Source: Octopus sinensis (Eukaryota). From it: a stretch of 64,000 nt of DNA. Under the pieces are notes generated by a model that was given only the letters and a program-made list of their open reading frames with translations, had not been told where the DNA came from and ran no database searches. The stretch lies in the NCBI RefSeq assembly GCF_006345805.1, contig NC_043008.1:31868001-31932000 (forward strand), given 5' to 3'. Position 1 is the first letter of the stretch, and each line of letters opens with the position of its first letter. Position numbers and translations under genes: made by a program. This document shows, piece after piece, positions 28,401-38,790 of the stretch.

Positions 28401-31400
28401 TTATTTCAAATTTAAGAGATTTATAGTATTGAATAAATTAGTTACCTCTGACATCCTATTCTTGGATAACTGATGCTCTGTTGTTTTGACTTGCAGTTGA
28501 TTCTGCAGTAGCAGTAGCTCATGAGGCTGTAATGACCAACATGGGTCAGTGCTGTGTTGCTGGTTCGCGTACATATGTACAGGAAGGCATCTATGATGAA
28601 TTTGTTGCCAAGAGTGTTGCAAGAGCCCAGAAACGAAAAGTTGGTGATCCCTTTGACTCTGAAACAGAAAATGGACCTCAGGTAAAAATTCTTCTCTATA
28701 TTATTCCATTTTTCCTGATTATTGCCAAAATATCTTTACCATTATTTGTAATCAACACATATTCTGTGTCACTGGAATCATGTGTTATTTTATGGGTCTG
28801 TTTTGGGTGTATACCAAATATCTAGAGGTAAAGCTTGATGGTGCTTACAGCTCTACATTACCACTCTGAATGGTACCATTCAGCTTGGAGAATGACACGT
28901 CTGTCATGTGCGTGTGTGTGAGTGAGATGCTTTATGGCAGTGGACCTCACCCTTTTTTGCATCATGGAGTGGTTTCAGGCAAGATAAATTTTCCATGGAC
29001 CAGAGAAACACAAAGTGCATAATATATACTGCAGAAAGACAAAATGGAATAGGCAAGACAGGAGGAGACATGTAGGACAGTAAGTCACAGAATGTGTGAC
29101 AAAAGAATTTTGACAAATGAACAAATAGTAATAATAATGCTTAAAGTGAAGATCAAATAAACTGTGTGTATGCGTGTGTTTAATTGGCAAAAGGATGACT
29201 ATCCCCAAGTATAACAATAGTGTAGTTTGTAATTTATTACATATATAATACATACAAGGTGTCCATAAATTACCTTTACAAATTAAAAATTTTTTTTAAT
29301 GAGAAATAGGGATAACTCAGCAAAATTTAACTGGAAGCAGTTCACCTTCATGATACAATACACTAAATTGTGAAAGTTGTAATGATAATTTATGAACACC
29401 TTGTATATCTTACATACATTATACATACAAGGAAGGTGCTGAAAAGTTCCTGGTTTTAAGGGTATCACAAAAGGCCTGATTAAAGGCATAACCTTCCAAG
29501 TTCTTTCACAGGGCTTAGGAAAACTGAAGGATTCACTGCAATAAGAGTGTAGCTCTGAGAGGGGAATATGTTGAATCAAATCATAATTAACTGATCCCCC
29601 TGTATTTTCTTTTACCCAAAGCCAGGAACTTTTTAACCCCCCCCCCCTCGTATATGATACAAAAAAACACACTGTAGACTGCAATAGTCAATAGAATAAA
29701 AATAAAATTAAATTTATTCCTTCTGTGTGTCCCAGTAGCTGGGACCCCTGTTTTATGGAATAGTACAAGTACTGCCACACACATGTTCGCTGTCCCATAA
29801 CAGGCTCGCACCTACCCCCAACTCACCCTCCCACCCCCAATTCTCTCTCTCCTGAGCACCCACACACTTCTCCAATAAACCAGTCATGAAAGGATCTGAA
29901 CTGAATACTGCATTCACTAACCATTTGCTGCCACTAATTACCATTTTGCTAGTGTGAGCAGGAATTTGGTAATTCTGCGAATAAAATAATCATCATTGCC
30001 AAAACATTTAAATTCTATGAGTTCTGATCCACTGCACTTCAGCTCATAAGGAATTTAACCGTTTAGCATTTAAACCTTCCATATCCAACTCAAATATTTT
30101 ACTTATGTTCATATCAACCAGATCTGATATCTCATACCTATCCTACAATGTTATCTTAAAAATAAAGAATCGCATCATTAAAATCTCAAAGCTATGAGAT
30201 AATGCAGGATTGATTAAAAACGGTGGGAGTAAATAAACATTACATTTGACAGTAATGTGAATGCTAAAGGGTTACATGTTTTAGTAATGGAATGATTCTA
30301 TAGATTTAAACCAGATTGTGAGATTATACCATCATTCCATTTAAACCATTTCACCAACTCTTTGCACTCTGAACAATTAATGTTTCTCCAAATGGTTGCC
30401 ATCAAATTTGCCAGGTTGATATTTTCAACTTCCCCTCTTCTTCTGTCTCTAGGTTGATGCTGACCAGCTGTCTAAGATCATTGATTTGGTGAAGAGTGGA
30501 GAATCAGAAGGTGCCAGGATGATGTGTGGAGGAAAACAGAAAGGGGACAAAGGATATTTTATGGAACCAACTGTCTTTGCAGATGTCAAAGACAACATGA
30601 GAATCAGCAAAGAAGAGGTAAGTTTTCAAAACACATTTACCTTCAGCTCTGTTATCAGTCATTGGACTGTAGCCATGCTATAGCAAAGCCCTTCTAGAGT
30701 GCAGTTGACTTTTTATTGTCACCTCCTCTTCTGATATGTATTGTACTAAACTCAGGAAAATAGTTTACAGTTACTCTGACTTTTGAGCTTTCCAATAGCT
30801 GTTTTCAAACTGAAATTCTCTGGTTTAGAAGGTTGCTTATATGGCAAAAGAATTTTTCTTAGAAGTATACAATTAAAAAAAAAAATAGAAAAAAGATAAA
30901 AAATAATAAAATACATAAAGTAAATAGAACAGCATGTTTGAAAAAAGAAAAAGGTGGAAAAGGAAAAAAGAACATGGAGGAAAAGAGTAAGAGGAAGAAG
31001 ACAAAGTAGTTGAAAGAGATTAGTCTGTCAGGGTATATAGGTGGGGGAGGGGCACACCTTGCCAGCTGTGAAGGATGAATAAGGTGACCTTAGATCAGAG
31101 GATTCACAAAGGTCATCCTTTGACAAGAACTCCTAAAGCATCCCATTTCTTTATTCTTTATTCCTGATAGACTAATCTCTTCTCCCTACCATTTTCAATT
31201 ACTTATTGTCTTACTTTTTACCTTCCTGCTTCCTTCCTCTTGCACTTCTTCATGTTCTTTTTTTCCTTTTCTTTCTTTTTCAACACATGCTGTTCTATTT
31301 ACTTTTTGTATTATTTTTAATATTTTTTCTTTTTTATCTGTATACTTGTAAGAAAATTTCTTTTCCCATATAAGCAACCTTCTAAACCACAGAATTTCAG

Positions 31401-31519
31401 TTTGAAAAGCTCAAAACTCAGAGTAACTGTAAACATTATCATTAAAATAAAAGTGATTCCCCCAAAAGCCATCTCTACTCATCTTTTCAAATATACTGTA
31501 TCAAGAACTATTTTTATTC

Positions 31520-31558
<39 letters not shown>

Positions 31559-34500
31559 GGTATGTAGAAAAATACAACATGGACAAGAACGTATAACTCT
31601 TAGAAGACGACACAATAATATATATATATATATATATATAATATATATATATAGGTGTTGCACCAATCTTGATTGGTTATAGTCAAACAAATCAACTCCA
31701 TATTCTTTTTTAAACTTGTTACTTATCTTATCAGTTGTTATTACTGAATTGCTTAGTTATAGGGACATAAACAAACCAACACTGGTTATTGAGCGGGGCT
31801 ATGGAAACACTGGTTTTCTTACATTATAATTCTTTTTCTTTTGTAGATATTTGGTCCGGTACAACAGATTATAAAGTTCACTGATATTGAGGAAGTCATA
31901 GATCGTGCCAATAAAACGCACTACGGTCTTGGAGCTGCTATCTTCACAAAAGACATTGACAAGGCTATGACCTTCACAAGTGCTGTTCAGGCTGGAACTG
32001 TTTGGTAAGATCTTATTTCTCAGCTCTGCTTAATCTTATACAAATGGGTTCTGGAAGTTATTAACAAGCAATTTCCTAAATTTATGGTGAGACAAGGAAG
32101 ATAGCCTGAAGCAATTCTGATTGCCATGCTGTTTTTTTTTTTTTTTATAGGTTTTTTTTATACAAAGAGGATCACCTGCTTACACATTGAGGTACCATAT
32201 CCCAAAGGATTAAATCTAGTTAATACTTCAACTGAAAATAGTCATGGTGAGAGTTAATATCCTGGCCATGATATTGTCTATAGCTGAGGAAATACACCTA
32301 GGGTCTGGTTCATTGAACAGTAAGGCCAGCTTTAAATTTGCTGATGGTAACATGCTTCTGAAATCACCATACCACTATTATCTCGGTTGTTTTGGGATCA
32401 AATCCACCAATGCCATATTCTTTTATCTTGTTTCAGTCACAAGACTGTGGCCATGCTGGAACACTGCTTTGAGAAATTTTCCATTGAATGAATCGACCCC
32501 AGTACTTTTTTTCTTTTTTTAAGCCTGATACGTGTTCTATCGGTCTCTTTTGCTGAACTGCTAAATTACAGGGACATAAACACACCAACACCGGTTGTCA
32601 AGTGGTAGTGAGGGACACATATATGACAGGCTTCTTTGTTTCTGTCTATCAAATCCACTCACAAGGCTTTGGTAGGCCCGAGGCAGTAGTAAAAGACACT
32701 TGCCCAAGGTGCCAGACAGTGGAACTGAACGAAAAACCATGTGGTTGGGAAGCAAGCTTCTTACCACACAGCCACACCTTGTTAGGTATTTGGTTTTTAC
32801 ACTTAATTCTCTATTCCACTCATCACCTAGCCATTGGTGATAGATATTAGATTCTATGGGAATATTACGTGTAAGAAGCTCTTGTCCTATACTAGGAAAG
32901 AATTCTTTCTTGTCCTTCAAGCCAACGAACTGGACTAAAGAGTTGACTTCTGAAAACTATTTAGGGACTTATGACACTTAACATAAGATGTTGTGACAGA
33001 TGGAACACAAATTTAAAAGATCTATTGCCTACTAGGAGACTGCTTACTTGTAATAGTCAGCAGAGTAGGTTTTGAACTAGATGAAAAGGAATTGTACAGA
33101 TTGAAAAACTCTTATTTTTGGTTTGCATTGAAATAAGGATGTAATAACAGAAATATTAAGTTTTATGACTTCATCATTGAACTGAAAAGTTCCAAGACAA
33201 GCCTAGGTAACTTTTAAAAATTTTTTATAGCAAACCAGTAGTTCCCAATGAATGGCAAGACTTCACTCCAAGTGGCCAATGTTGTCCAAGGAGAAAGCTA
33301 GAGCTGATATAGTTTGGCACCAGTGTGTGTGTGTATGTATGTAAGTAAAGCCTAAAAAGATGAAAGGCAAAATTGACTTCAATCCAGTGTGCAGTAAGCT
33401 AGACCATACCACAGGGTATTCTATCCAACACTAATGACACTGTCACCTCACCACTTCATTACTTGTCTAATAAACTGGGATGTAGAAAGAAGTTAGCAGG
33501 CCGGGTGAAATGCTTAGTGACATTTCATCTGTCTTTACATTCTAAGTTCAAATTCTCCCGAAATTAACTTTGGCCTTTGTTTTTTCAAAGGTCAATAAAA
33601 TAAGTACCAGCTGAGCACTGGGGTTGATATAATTGACTTAAACCCTCTCCTGAACTTGCTGGTCTTGTGTTAACATTTTAAATCAATATTAAAAAAGGCG
33701 GTGAGCTGGCAAAGTTATTAGCCAGTCAGGCAAAATGCTTGGCGACATTTCATCTATCTTGATGTTCTGAGTTCAAATTCTACCAAGGTCAACTTTGCCT
33801 TTCATCCTTTCAGGGGTAAATAAAATAAGTACCATTTGAATACTGGGGTCGATGTAATCAACTTACCTCTTCTCTCAAAATTGCTGGCATTGCACCTAAA
33901 TTCAGACACTTTTATTCATTTAATGTCTTTTCCATATGGGTTTGGATTGGGTGGTTTGACAGACTCCAGCAAGTCACAGAGTTGCACCAATTTGTCAGTC
34001 AGTCAGTCAGTCATGAAAACTGGAAGAAGTAGCTAATTGTGTTGTCCACGGACCACATTACTGTGACAGTGTTAAGATTTGAACTTATGACCATGTGGTT
34101 ATTAGTACTGTACCCTAACCTCACTGCTATTGTTACATGAACAATTCAGAATAGATGCAACTTGGTGCTGTTGTAAGTTTTGTATTGAATGTTTATTTAA
34201 AATGTTTCTTTGTATTCTCTTCTATATATTTTTCTTGTATTTTATTCTGCAGGGTGAACACCTATAACAGTGTATGCCCACAATCTCCATTCGGTGGATT
34301 TAAAATGTCAGGAATTGGCAGAGAACTGTAAGTTGATAATTGGCAAATGCTAATAGACTTGAATGTTTTAAAAATATTTAATAACAATCCCTCCCATCCA
34401 AACACCACAAACATTGAGTTAAAATTCTACTGATAATTGATAATGTTATTGTTTAGCCTTAGAGATAGTAGACCTGTAATCTAAAGCAACTAAAAAATGC

Positions 34501-37500
34501 TTTATCCAATGTCTCCAACCCCCACCCAGAAGGTTGGATGTGACAGCCTTTTTGTTATCATATTTCTGTCAAGATTCTCTGTTTTTATTTCAATTAATTT
34601 TGAAAATATTGTAGAGTTTAGTAAAATAACTTTGTCATTATTAGTTGGTTTTTGGAACATAAATTAACACTAAGTTGTGACAGAAGATTTTAATTCAGGA
34701 CTCTTGAAACCAAAATGTTTGTAACACAGAGCAAGGGGTAATTTGCAGCAGGCTGGTATCAAAAGGGTTAGGGCTTGCTATTATTTGCAGCAAGTCAAGT
34801 TACTTTCTAGTATGTATAAATACTAATAATCTACCCAGATTGATTTTTATTTTATTATCCTTCTGTTGTATCAAGACAAAAATATACATTTGTCAAAAAA
34901 AAAAAAATTGCAAATGAGATATTAACTGTAGCTGTCTGGCTCATTGGTTCTCAACCTGGGTCCATATTGCCCTTGGGGGTCCATATAAGATTTTATTAAA
35001 AAAATTGTGCAATAAATTGGTTATTATATTCCACAGTGAACGAAATATTTTAACAATTTTTTTTATGTACAATTCCTAATAATATTTACAAGGCGGGTGC
35101 TGAGACTATAATAGAACTTATGCCACCTCCATTTGCCCTCCTCATCATCACTCTAGTGTCTCACACCTCATCCCCACCACCACACTAATCGCTATGCCCA
35201 ATCCTTTCTTCCTATCATGTTGGCTCTCTGAAATTCTCTCCTAGCTTATATCTTTCCCACAGGTCTTTCCAATATTAAGTATAATCATTGTAAGTGGAAT
35301 GCTGGTAAACTTTGGCCAAAGTAAGCCTTGTATGAGTTTCAGCTCCTAGTTGGAGCAATTTCGTTTCACTTGTGAAAAAATCAATCTCAAAAAAGCATAA
35401 ATATTGTGTTTTAGTTGTAGTTTAGCCTGAGGTCTGAATATACAGCTCTATGATGAAAAGGCTTCTAGCCATGACTATTGAATTTTATGTATCTAGGATG
35501 ACATCTATTCAGTGTGTTCTTTCTTATTCGCTAGCGAGGAAATTCAACTCATTCTAGTGCAGTCACATACAAACTTCCTTGTCGGCTCACAGCCTCTTAG
35601 TTCTGTGACCTTGTGTCTTAAATATGATAATAAAACTCTGTTCAGATGAATAATGCCTTTATTCTGTCATTCTTAAATTGTTTCCTATTTTTCATAATGC
35701 AGGGGAGAATATGGTCTTCATGAATACACAGAAGTGAAAAATGTAAGTAATTGATTTCTGGAAGAATTTTTACTTTCATTGGCTGTTCTATATTTTCATT
35801 GTCCCAAATCACCTTGAGCCAGATTTCTATGCAGATATGGGTTAAGCAAGCCATCATTGTCTGAGTCAGTCTTATTTGGAGTTAGTGCTCCCCTAATGGA
35901 TTGGAAACCTATGACTTGCTCATATGCTCTATTTTTGGCAAATATTCTGCTTTTAGCATGATTTCTTGATTTAATTCCTAATGCTCACCCATTCACAAAA
36001 TGTAGGGGGTGCATTTTACCATGGCACCTGCACTAGAGAAATTATGTCCCTGATTCTTTTGGCAGTACTAAAGGGTTTTCTCAATTCTGTATTGTCTCTG
36101 CTCATTTACCAACCCTTTCCCAGTGGGCACTGGGTGTGCATTATGATAGCATTAGCACTTGCAAAGTCACTCTGTAAAACTGAAGTGTCCTCAATTCTCT
36201 GTATTGTCTCCATCTGTCAAAAAGTCTATAGGTTTAATGCTAAATTCTTTCAAACTGAGACACACTCTCAAGCCAGAAAATTGAACACATTTTGGTCCAA
36301 ATGGGAATTGTAACATTTAGATTTTCATGTAGGTGCTGGTGTGGCTGTATGGTTAAGTTTGCTTCTTAACTACATTGGTTTCGAGTTCAGTCCCACAGTG
36401 TGATATCTTGGGCAAGTGTCCTCTATTCTAGCCCCAAGTTGATTAAAGCCTTGTGAGTGGATTTGGTAGACAGAAACTGAAAGAAGCCCATTGTGGGTGT
36501 TCAGGTCTTGACATCCCAAATTAGTTGTAAATGAGTGCCTCTGTCATACAAGCAGTGTCACTCATTTCTAATATTCTACAAAAAACATCTGACTATGCAG
36601 GGATATTACTTGACCATAGAAAATGTGCTTCTGTAAGCACAGTCTGGTCCATACAAGTATGGAATGGACATTAATGATGATGCAAAATACAAAAGTATTA
36701 AGTGTACATGGGCCATTTGTGTGTTGATTGAGAAAAAAATGTCATTGCCTTTCATCTTTTTGTGATCAATAAAGTGCCATTCCTGGGTAGTGAATTGGCA
36801 GAATTGTTTGTTGGAAGGAGATGCTTTGCATTCAGAATTCTGACAGCAATACCTGCAGTAACACTGGTGCCAATCTATATCAGCTCTAGCTTTCCCCTTG
36901 GACAACATTGGTGAGTTGGAGTGAAGTCTTGCCATTCATTGGGAACTGCTGGTTTGCTATAAAAATTTATAAGTTACCTAGGCTTGTCTTGGAACTTTTC
37001 AGGTGTAAAATTCTTAGTCTCCTGAGAGGGAGGATCTAGATCTCTAATGACAATTTCAATTATTTCAAATGTTTTAAATTATATTTATCTGTTATACAGT
37101 GGTGAACTGGCAGAATCATTAGCACACTAAGCAAAATGCTTAGCAGCATTTCGTCCATCTTTGTTCTGAGTTCAAATTCCGTTGAGGCCAACTTTGCCTT
37201 TCATCCTTTTTGGGTTGATAAAATAAGTGCCAGTCAAACAGTAGGATTGATGTAATTGACTAAACCCCGCTCCCCTGAAATTGTTGGCCTCGTGCCACAA
37301 TTTGAAACCATTATTATTAATATTAAGGCAGTGAGCTGGCAGAACCATGAAAATGCCAGACAAAATACTTATTTTGTCCATCTTTTTCTGTTCAAATTCT
37401 GCTGAAATCAACTTTGCCAGTCATCCTTGTGGGGTCAATGAAATAAGCACCAGTTTAGCACTGGGGTTGATGTAATCTACTTAACCCTCCCACAAAATTG

Positions 37501-37602
37501 CTGGTCTTGTGCCAAAATTTGAAACCACCTTTATTATCATTATTATTATTATTATTATTATTATTTCAGGTCATTATTAAAGTTGCCCAGAAGAATTCTT
37601 AG
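7122..37602 (+). CDS. ALDH1A: Aldehyde dehydrogenase, ALDH1/2 family (cytosolic ALDH1A/retinal dehydrogenase-like; Omega-crystallin-related family), 14 coding exons, 496 aa
   Basis: Manually spliced join(7122..7175,15095..15199,18996..19136,22720..22846,24264..24325,24560..24688,26121..26234,26923..27025,28497..28681,30453..30617,31847..32004,34253..34327,35703..35742,37570..37602). All introns are GT-AG, phases are consistent and the total is 1491 nt. Motifs: [58 protein letters not shown]-terminal QKNS*. In-frame TAG at 7065 upstream and no mitochondrial leader. Confidence 0.95.
10111..12027. mobile_element. Non-autonomous foldback DNA transposon (Merlin-like termini), ~620-bp TIRs, 8-bp TSD
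   Basis: 10111..10730 is the reverse complement of 11411..12027. Termini GGTTAATATAGGGCG. TSD CTTTATTC at 10103-10110 and 12028-12035. TIRs contain ~150-bp subrepeats. Confidence 0.85.
12520..12735 (+). mobile_element. LINE 3' end fragment (CR1-like ORF2 C-terminus)
   Basis: [12 protein letters not shown]...[10 protein letters not shown] followed by the tail GGTGCCCCAGCATGGCCGCAGC..CTGAAAC. Confidence 0.5.
15095..15199 (+). CDS. ALDH1A: ALDH gene 1 exon 2 ([10 protein letters not shown]...QESDK)
   Basis: tacag| acceptor, |gtaagc donor, 105 nt, family N-terminal motif. Confidence 0.96.
18996..19136 (+). CDS. ALDH1A: ALDH gene 1 exon 3 ([10 protein letters not shown]...DLVYAA)
   Basis: tgcag| and |gtaagt, 141 nt. 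Confidence 0.96.
19284..19620 (-). mobile_element. Second non-autonomous Helitron-like element
   Basis: CTAG terminus with a perfect 16-bp stem (19284-19319) and a TA-rich opposite end. Confidence 0.55.
19631..20266 (-). mobile_element. Non-autonomous Helitron
   Basis: Minus strand begins TCTATATATATAAAA and ends CCCGAGCAACGCCGGG hairpin + CTAG, inserted at A|T. Confidence 0.8.
22720..22846 (+). CDS. ALDH1A: ALDH gene 1 exon 4 ([10 protein letters not shown]...GKTIPV)
   Basis: tgtag| and |gtaagt, 127 nt, [10 protein letters not shown] motif. Confidence 0.96.
23050..23520. repeat. 22-bp pyrimidine-rich minisatellite (CGCTCGCTTTCTTTCCTTCTCT)n in intron 4
   Basis: About 20 units, degenerating towards 22900. 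It produces the long spurious ORFs at 22732-23707. Confidence 0.92.
24264..24325 (+). CDS. ALDH1A: ALDH gene 1 exon 5 ([21 protein letters not shown])
   Basis: ttccag| and |gtatgt, 62 nt, phase 1 start matches the end of exon 4. Confidence 0.96.
24560..24688 (+). CDS. ALDH1A: ALDH gene 1 exon 6 (WNYP...[19 protein letters not shown])
   Basis: tgcag| and |gtaagt, 129 nt, oxyanion Asn motif. Confidence 0.97.
26121..26234 (+). CDS. ALDH1A: ALDH gene 1 exon 7 (AGFPPGVVN...AFTGSTE)
   Basis: tatag| and |gtaagt, 114 nt, NAD-binding motifs. Confidence 0.97.
26923..27025 (+). CDS. ALDH1A: ALDH gene 1 exon 8 (VGQVIMQ...[16 protein letters not shown])
   Basis: tttag| and |gtaagt, 103 nt, catalytic Glu. 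Confidence 0.97.
28497..28681 (+). CDS. ALDH1A: ALDH gene 1 exon 9 (LDSAV...GQCCVAGSR...NGPQ)
   Basis: tgcag| and |gtaaaa, 185 nt, catalytic Cys. Confidence 0.97.
29255..29403. mobile_element. Tc1/mariner-type MITE
   Basis: TIR CAAGGTGTCCATAAATTA / TAATTTATGAACACCTTG flanked by TA. Confidence 0.7.
29428..29650. mobile_element. Mariner-derived MITE
   Basis: TIR ..GCTGAAAAGTTCCTGGTTT / AAAGCCAGGAACTTTTTAACC..CTCG flanked by TA. Confidence 0.7.
30059..30271. mobile_element. piggyBac-like MITE
   Basis: TTAA|CCGTTTAGCATT ... AATGCTAAAGGG|TTAC. A related copy in opposite orientation at ~63341-63872 is interrupted by a retroelement. Confidence 0.6.
30453..30617 (+). CDS. ALDH1A: ALDH gene 1 exon 10 (VDADQ...GYFMEPTVF...SKEE)
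   Basis: tctag| and |gtaagt, 165 nt. Confidence 0.97.
30763..31434. repeat. Imperfect inverted repeat (~270-bp arms, ~130-bp spacer) in intron 10
   Basis: 30763..31032 is the reverse complement of 31163..31434 (GTTTACAGTTACTCTGA / TCAGAGTAACTGTAAAC; GAGATTAGTCTGTCAGG / CCTGATAGACTAATCTC). Confidence 0.85.
31847..32004 (+). CDS. ALDH1A: ALDH gene 1 exon 11 (IFGPVQQI...AGTVW)
   Basis: tgtag| and |gtaaga, 158 nt. Confidence 0.97.
33182..33326. repeat. Left arm of long-range inverted repeat (partner 36861..37002)
   Basis: Manual alignment gives about 7 substitutions and a 3-nt indel over ~145 nt. Confidence 0.9.
34253..34327 (+). CDS. ALDH1A: ALDH gene 1 exon 12 ([25 protein letters not shown])
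   Basis: tgcag| and |gtaagt, 75 nt. Confidence 0.96.
35703..35742 (+). CDS. ALDH1A: ALDH gene 1 exon 13 ([13 protein letters not shown])
   Basis: tgcag| and |gtaagt, 40 nt. Confidence 0.94.
36861..37002. repeat. Right arm of long-range inverted repeat (partner 33182..33326)
   Basis: Reverse complement reads CTGAAAAGTTCCAAGACAAGCCTAGGTAAC...GGCACCAGTGT. Confidence 0.9.
37570..37602 (+). CDS. ALDH1A: ALDH gene 1 exon 14 coding part ([10 protein letters not shown])
   Basis: tttcag| acceptor, canonical family C-terminus QKNS followed by TAG. Confidence 0.93.
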   Translation, partial: VIIKVAQKNS

Positions 37603-37665
37603 AATTTCATAGATTTCCTTCACTTTGGAGCAGTTGACTGAACGGACCAATGACTCTGATCTTCC

Positions 37666-37671
37666 AATAAA
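37666..37671 (+). terminator. Candidate polyadenylation signal of ALDH gene 1
   Basis: AATAAA 64 nt after the stop codon. Further AATAAA copies lie at 37777 and near 37846, the latter followed by a T/GT-rich stretch. Confidence 0.4.
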
Positions 37672-38742
37672 ATTTTTATATTAATTCCAATTCTACAGAA
37701 AAATGATATTGAAAGAAGCTAACATATTTTTCCTAATCTTCTACCGGTTTATGAAACTCATTTGTTACTCTGAAATAATAAAAATGAACAATAATTGATT
37801 CTCTCCTATTGAACAAATAGTTGATGTCAATGTTTAAAAGCAAATAATAAAAACTGAAAAGACATGTTTTTGAGTTTGTTTGTTTTTTTTATTTAACATT
37901 AGCAGAGATACTTGGCCTTGCTCGGGATTAAAATGGCATAGTTTTTTTTTTTTATTGTTTTGCTTGTTTCAGTCATGTGACTGGCCAAGCTGGAGCACTG
38001 CCTTTGGTCGAAAAAAATCAACCACAGGATTTATTCTTTGTAAGCCTACTACTTATTCTATCAGTGTCTTTTGCCAAAACCACTAAGTTATGGGAATGTA
38101 AAGACATCAGTTGTCAAGCAATGGTGGGGGTACAAACACAAATACACATATATGACAGTCTTCTTTCTACACACATGTATATATACACATAACTATATAT
38201 CAAAAGGATGTGTTATACTATTCCACAGCCATACCTACAATCCAATATACCACCATCAGCTGCCTCATGGATATCATTATGGTTTTGACAGCTGGGCAGT
38301 GCCATTTAATCCAGTGGTGTCAGCAGCACTAAAATATTGTTTGGGAACATACAAATCAAAGAAACCACAAGTTTTCAAACACATTTACCCAATGTACAAT
38401 CATATCAATAAATAAATTCCACAAAGTAAATTACAACCCCTCCTAAATATGCAACTAAACAGCAACAACTCTATTAAGTCATAAAAGATTATAATCCCTA
38501 CCATCTTCCGTGGAGTAATATAAAAGTAAAGCTTAATAACCACATTTCAATTAATCAATACAGAGGCAGGATTAAGCACTAACCTTATTAAAATGAGGCA
38601 TTTAAACCAATGTACATTGTATTGGTATTAATAATAACCTGCAATTACTAAATTATATGCTAAATTGCGATCTATCTTCAAGTTCATATAAATAATCCAA
38701 CCTGTCTATACAGTAAATGAAGTATAAGGATTTTGGTCAACT

Positions 38743-38790
<48 letters not shown>

